Positions 23,625-26,747 of a stretch of 26,747 nt of DNA are shown one piece after another. Position 1 is the stretch's first letter; each line of letters starts with the position of its first letter. Source of the DNA: a virus (Duplodnaviria > Caudoviricetes); IMG/VR virus record IMGVR_UViG_3300020042_004019, positions 1 to 26,747 of that record. One strand, written 5' to 3'. The notes beneath the pieces are model-generated. The model worked only from the letters and a program-made list of their open reading frames with translations. It searched no databases and had not been told where the DNA came from. Position numbers and translations under genes: made by a program.

Positions 23625-24802
23625 GGCGTAGGTCGTTCTGTGCCTTTTGCCCCCAAAACCCGTAAAGCAGGTTTCCAGTATTTGTTAAACACAGAATCAG
23701 CGTTGTACCCACTAGCAAACTCAACCGCCTTTTCAGAACGACCACGACCACGCTGATAAGCCTGCTCAAGTGCATCTACTATGCCGGGGACTCTAGGAGT
23801 GTTGAACCAACTAGATTGCGGTGCATCCCATAACGGCTGACCTTCAACAAGCCACCCGTCACCCATAAGTTCAGTTGAAGCTGCGAACTCAGAAACGATT
23901 ACTGGAGTGCCACACGCCTGCGCTTCGATAGTCGGAATGCCAAAGCCTTCACCGTAGGAAGTCGCAAGCAGAACATCCATTGCGGTATAGATCGTTGCAA
24001 GTGTTTCCTGACTGATTCCGTTCCTAAGAACGTATTGATCAACAAATGCGTACTGGTGTTCTTTTATGCCACAAGAAAGAATGAGTTGCTGCAACTTGAT
24101 GCCGCCAAGTGAACCGCTTGCATCTGTATGCAGATAAAGAACTACGTCATCGTGCATCTGCGCGAACATTGAGAATGCAAGAATGTTCTCGCCAAATGCT
24201 TTCCTGTTAGGGCTTACGCCTTTATTAGCGGCGTTCATTCCAACAACAAACTTATCTTCAGCTACGCCAATGTAGTTCCTGCCAGTAATCCCCTTATGAC
24301 GTTTCATTGGCTTGAAGGTTGATTCAATCGCGTGCGGTATGTAAAGAGATTCAATGCCCACGTTCTCTAACATTTCTTTTCCGTACTCACTCATGGCTAT
24401 CGGTGTCACGAACGGTTGCCTGCACCACTTAGCAACTAATGGCGGTGCTGGTAAGTGATCTATTGGAACCCAACTAGCAACGTTCCAGTCTGCCCATCTA
24501 GGGCCTTTTAAAACCCAAGTGTCATAGAGAGTAATAAGAATGTGATTCTGCTTAGGGTTGCGCTCAGTCCAATTAAACATATGCGCAGGCACAACATCAT
24601 TTGAATACAAGTCTGCGCCACGCTGATAAACAGGTATGCCGTTCCAGTCGGTGTTTGAACCTTCTAGCCCGTAGTTATTAAAGATTGCTACGTTATTGCC
24701 CATTGCTTTCATGCGGCTAGTTACTTGAGCCGTTTGTTGTCCGTAACCAGTAGTAGCCCACGGAGAGTTAGAAACCCAACCGATACATAAAGAATCTTGC
24801 AC
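23621..24802 (-). CDS. Glycosyltransferase, GT-B fold (GT4-like)
   Basis: NSPW..TGYG, NRKAF, SYGEGFGIPTIEAQACGTPVI; GTG start with AAAGGA RBS. Confidence 0.9.
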   Translation of the reverse strand: MQDSLCIGWVSNSPWATTGYGQQTAQVTSRMKAMGNNVAIFNNYGLEGSNTDWNGIPVYQRGADLYSNDVVPAHMFNWTERNPKQNHILITLYDTWVLKGPRWADWNVASWVPIDHLPAPPLVAKWCRQPFVTPIAMSEYGKEMLENVGIESLYIPHAIESTFKPMKRHKGITGRNYIGVAEDKFVVGMNAANKGVSPNRKAFGENILAFSMFAQMHDDVVLYLHTDASGSLGGIKLQQLILSCGIKEHQYAFVDQYVLRNGISQETLATIYTAMDVLLATSYGEGFGIPTIEAQACGTPVIVSEFAASTELMGDGWLVEGQPLWDAPQSSWFNTPRVPGIVDALEQAYQRGRGRSEKAVEFASGYNADSVFNKYWKPALRVLGAKGTERPTP

Positions 24803-24851
24803 AGGTAATCCTTTGTTTGTAGATAGTAGAAACTTATCTTAAATCCTGCCC

Positions 24852-24898
24852 AAATAAAAGTAGAACCCACCAAGGCCTGCGCTCCCGGTGGGTTCTAC
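24852..24898 (-). terminator. Intrinsic terminator after the capsid gene
   Basis: Perfect 12-bp stem GTAGAACCCACC (24860-24871 / 24887-24898) followed by TTTTATTT. Confidence 0.85.
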
Positions 24899-24912
24899 GG
24901 TTTAAGGTGTTA

Positions 24913-26103
24913 CTAGCTTGCGCCACCTGCGAAGTGCTTGACATGGCTTGTCTGGATTAAATTACCGTCAATCCGCATGGTCGCACGGAACGTAATTAAA
25001 TCGTTTTGGAAGGCAAAGTCATCCGAACGATCTAGACGCAAACCGCCAACCTGACGAACGTAGTAACTTGGAAGATGCCCAAAGATAACAGACTTAGCTG
25101 AAGTTGCTGGGTCTGCCATTGCTGGGTTTTCGTAGATTTCGTAACCAAGAAGTAGGTCACGCTTGTCACCGGATAGTGCTGGTGAGAATACATAGTTACC
25201 TGCGGTATCTTTCAATTTCCTGACTGCCGCAATACTCTTAGAGTTCATCTGGAATCCCGTTCCCGGAAGGGTACGACCTGCGGTATCAACGCTGTAAACC
25301 AAGTCAATTAGGTTGTCTGCGGTGAATGCACCAGATACTGCTGTTGAACCAGTAACGCCAGCTGCGGATGCAGTAACGATACCTGTTGGTTGAACGGTTC
25401 CAGTTCCAGTTGTTAGTGCGCCATTGACTGCAAAGCCAAGTGCGTTACCTGTCTGGGTTGCAAGGAATCCAAGGATATCCACGCCTGAATCTTCAACCAT
25501 TTCACGACTGATCTGGGTTAGGAAACCAAACTTGTATGCACCAAGAGTCTTGAATGCGTTAAAGGTTGGATCGCTTTCGCCAAATGATGCGGCTTCGGAA
25601 GTTACAGTTCCAGTTGAGTATGCACTCAATGATGGAATCTGAAGGTTCTCGCCACCTGCGGTGTTAAGTACGGTTGATGTTTCTAGCATTGGGCCAATGT
25701 GACGTGCAAGCAAAAGAACCTGATCGTAGAAAGAGGTCGGTACTGGTGCGCCTGTTGAACCCTTGGTTACATCGCGCTTCTCAAATGAATGAGAACGGAT
25801 TTCGCCACGAGCTAGGGAACGGATAAGTTCAGCTTCGTCAATTGCTGGGACAGTAACGGCTGGCTTAACTTGTGTTTCAAAACCCTTCATGGCTTCGGCA
25901 GCGCGGTTTTCACGATCTGCTTGGGCGTTCATGGTTTCGATTACTGCTGAACGCTGATCAAGGTCTGCCATGATGCGGTCATAGGTTTGGTTTTCTTCGC
26001 CGGATAGATCGCGCTTTTCAGCTGCTGCTGAGTCGAGAAGAGCCTTTGCTTCTTCCCAAGCCTTTGCACGAGCTTCCGCCTGTTGCTGAATGTATTCAGA
26101 CAT
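24913..26103 (-). CDS. Major capsid protein, HK97 fold with N-terminal delta domain
   Basis: Coiled-coil N-terminus, VPTSF, SREMVEDS, GTGT.QP.GI, LKD..GNY, LLGY, FGHL..Y, FRATMRIDG. Confidence 0.95.
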   Translation of the reverse strand: MSEYIQQQAEARAKAWEEAKALLDSAAAEKRDLSGEENQTYDRIMADLDQRSAVIETMNAQADRENRAAEAMKGFETQVKPAVTVPAIDEAELIRSLARGEIRSHSFEKRDVTKGSTGAPVPTSFYDQVLLLARHIGPMLETSTVLNTAGGENLQIPSLSAYSTGTVTSEAASFGESDPTFNAFKTLGAYKFGFLTQISREMVEDSGVDILGFLATQTGNALGFAVNGALTTGTGTVQPTGIVTASAAGVTGSTAVSGAFTADNLIDLVYSVDTAGRTLPGTGFQMNSKSIAAVRKLKDTAGNYVFSPALSGDKRDLLLGYEIYENPAMADPATSAKSVIFGHLPSYYVRQVGGLRLDRSDDFAFQNDLITFRATMRIDGNLIQTSHVKHFAGGAS

Positions 26104-26210
26104 AAGTGGACTCCTAAAGTCTTAGATTGGTTTGGGTCTTACAGTTTCTGCGTGGCTCCACGACAGTTGCGCAATAGCGGCTCCGCATAATGCTTATCTA
26201 ATTATGGCAC

Positions 26211-26253
26211 AAATAAAAACAGACCCAGATGCTTCCCCACATCTGAGCCTGTT
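26211..26253 (-). terminator. Intrinsic terminator between protease and capsid genes
   Basis: AACAGGCTCAGATG/CATCTGGGTCTGTT 14-bp stem (2 G-U pairs) followed by TTTATTT. Confidence 0.75.
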
Positions 26254-26266
26254 CTTTGAATTTAGA

Positions 26267-26746
26267 TTAGAACGCTTTGAGCATTAGGTCAAGTTGCTTG
26301 CGCTTGATCTCTAGTAGGTCTACTGACTTAGGTTGGTCTGCGCGTAGTTTAGAAACAACTTCAGTAATTAGGTCTGCGTGTGCATCGTCTAGGGTTTCGC
26401 CTGCTTCTAGCTTTAAGATCGCATCGCTTAGTGTGTCTACATCTACGGCGGTACGTTCTGCCAGAATGTTCAATGAACGAACGCTTGCAGTTGTGGCTTC
26501 ATAGGCAGGGAATCCAGTAACAATGGAAACCTCATGCAGACGTACTTGATGCAGTTCACGAGTTGCGCCGTCTTGACTCCAAGAGTCACCCTTTGGTGGA
26601 ACGCTGAAACCAAATGACATAGAGGAAACATCGCCACGCTTCATAAGCACAGATAGATCGCGCCCGGCAGTCGTGTCTGGCAGTTGTGCTTGGGCTAGTA
26701 ATCCGCGTGAGTCCTCAGTTAGTTGCAACGTACCAGAACGAGTTGA
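26267..26746 (-). CDS. HK97-family prohead protease (5' end outside the window)
   Basis: EDSRGL, LPDTTAGRD, RGDVSSMSFGF, LHEVSIVTGFPAYEAT; frame open to the window edge. Confidence 0.93.
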   Translation of the reverse strand, partial: STRSGTLQLTEDSRGLLAQAQLPDTTAGRDLSVLMKRGDVSSMSFGFSVPPKGDSWSQDGATRELHQVRLHEVSIVTGFPAYEATTASVRSLNILAERTAVDVDTLSDAILKLEAGETLDDAHADLITEVVSKLRADQPKSVDLLEIKRKQLDLMLKAF

Positions 26747-26747
26747 A

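Noticed and set aside
23560-23775. 71-aa minus ORF spanning the junction of two GT genes
   Set aside because: Overlaps both GT genes, which already join by an ATGA overlap.
3199-25036. Apparent excess of TCTAGA sites
   Set aside because: About ten were spotted by eye, close to a rough chance expectation for this length; a proper k-mer count would be needed.
329-26504. All plus-strand ORFs in the track (e.g. 10794-11246, 12775-13275, 14576-15007)
   Set aside because: They are antisense shadows of well-supported minus-strand genes. Their Pro- or Ser-rich content mirrors Gly or acidic codons, and no motifs were recognised.

Overview
The window covers most of a small HK97-fold siphovirus genome, with every supportable gene on the minus strand. 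Two WhiB genes, a leaderless SigA-type promoter and an actinobacterial LexA-like box suggest an actinobacterial host. In transcription order (high to low coordinates) it contains: prohead protease (5'-truncated), major capsid, three glycosyltransferases, head-tail and tail genes (including a -1 frameshifted tail chaperone), tape measure, tail tip and fibre genes, a membrane/secreted trio, an M23 lysis module, a metallophosphoesterase cluster, two DNA methyltransferases, an RHH regulator, a replication initiator with internal iterons, Rad52-like SSAP, RusA, SSB, two HNH genes and an HslV-like peptidase. Terminase and portal are not in the window, and no integrase, repressor, tRNA or CRISPR was seen. 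The most notable items are (1) a C5 methyltransferase split across three ORFs in two frames, with a nested +1-frame ORF, a G8 tract and a string of short TRD-like modules; (2) a glycosyltransferase cassette next to capsid and tail-tube proteins that both end in Ser; and (3) an early promoter with a LexA-like box. Bases 1-88 are an exact inverted copy of 1710-1797, probably a chimera. All calls rest on motif recognition by eye; no searches were run.
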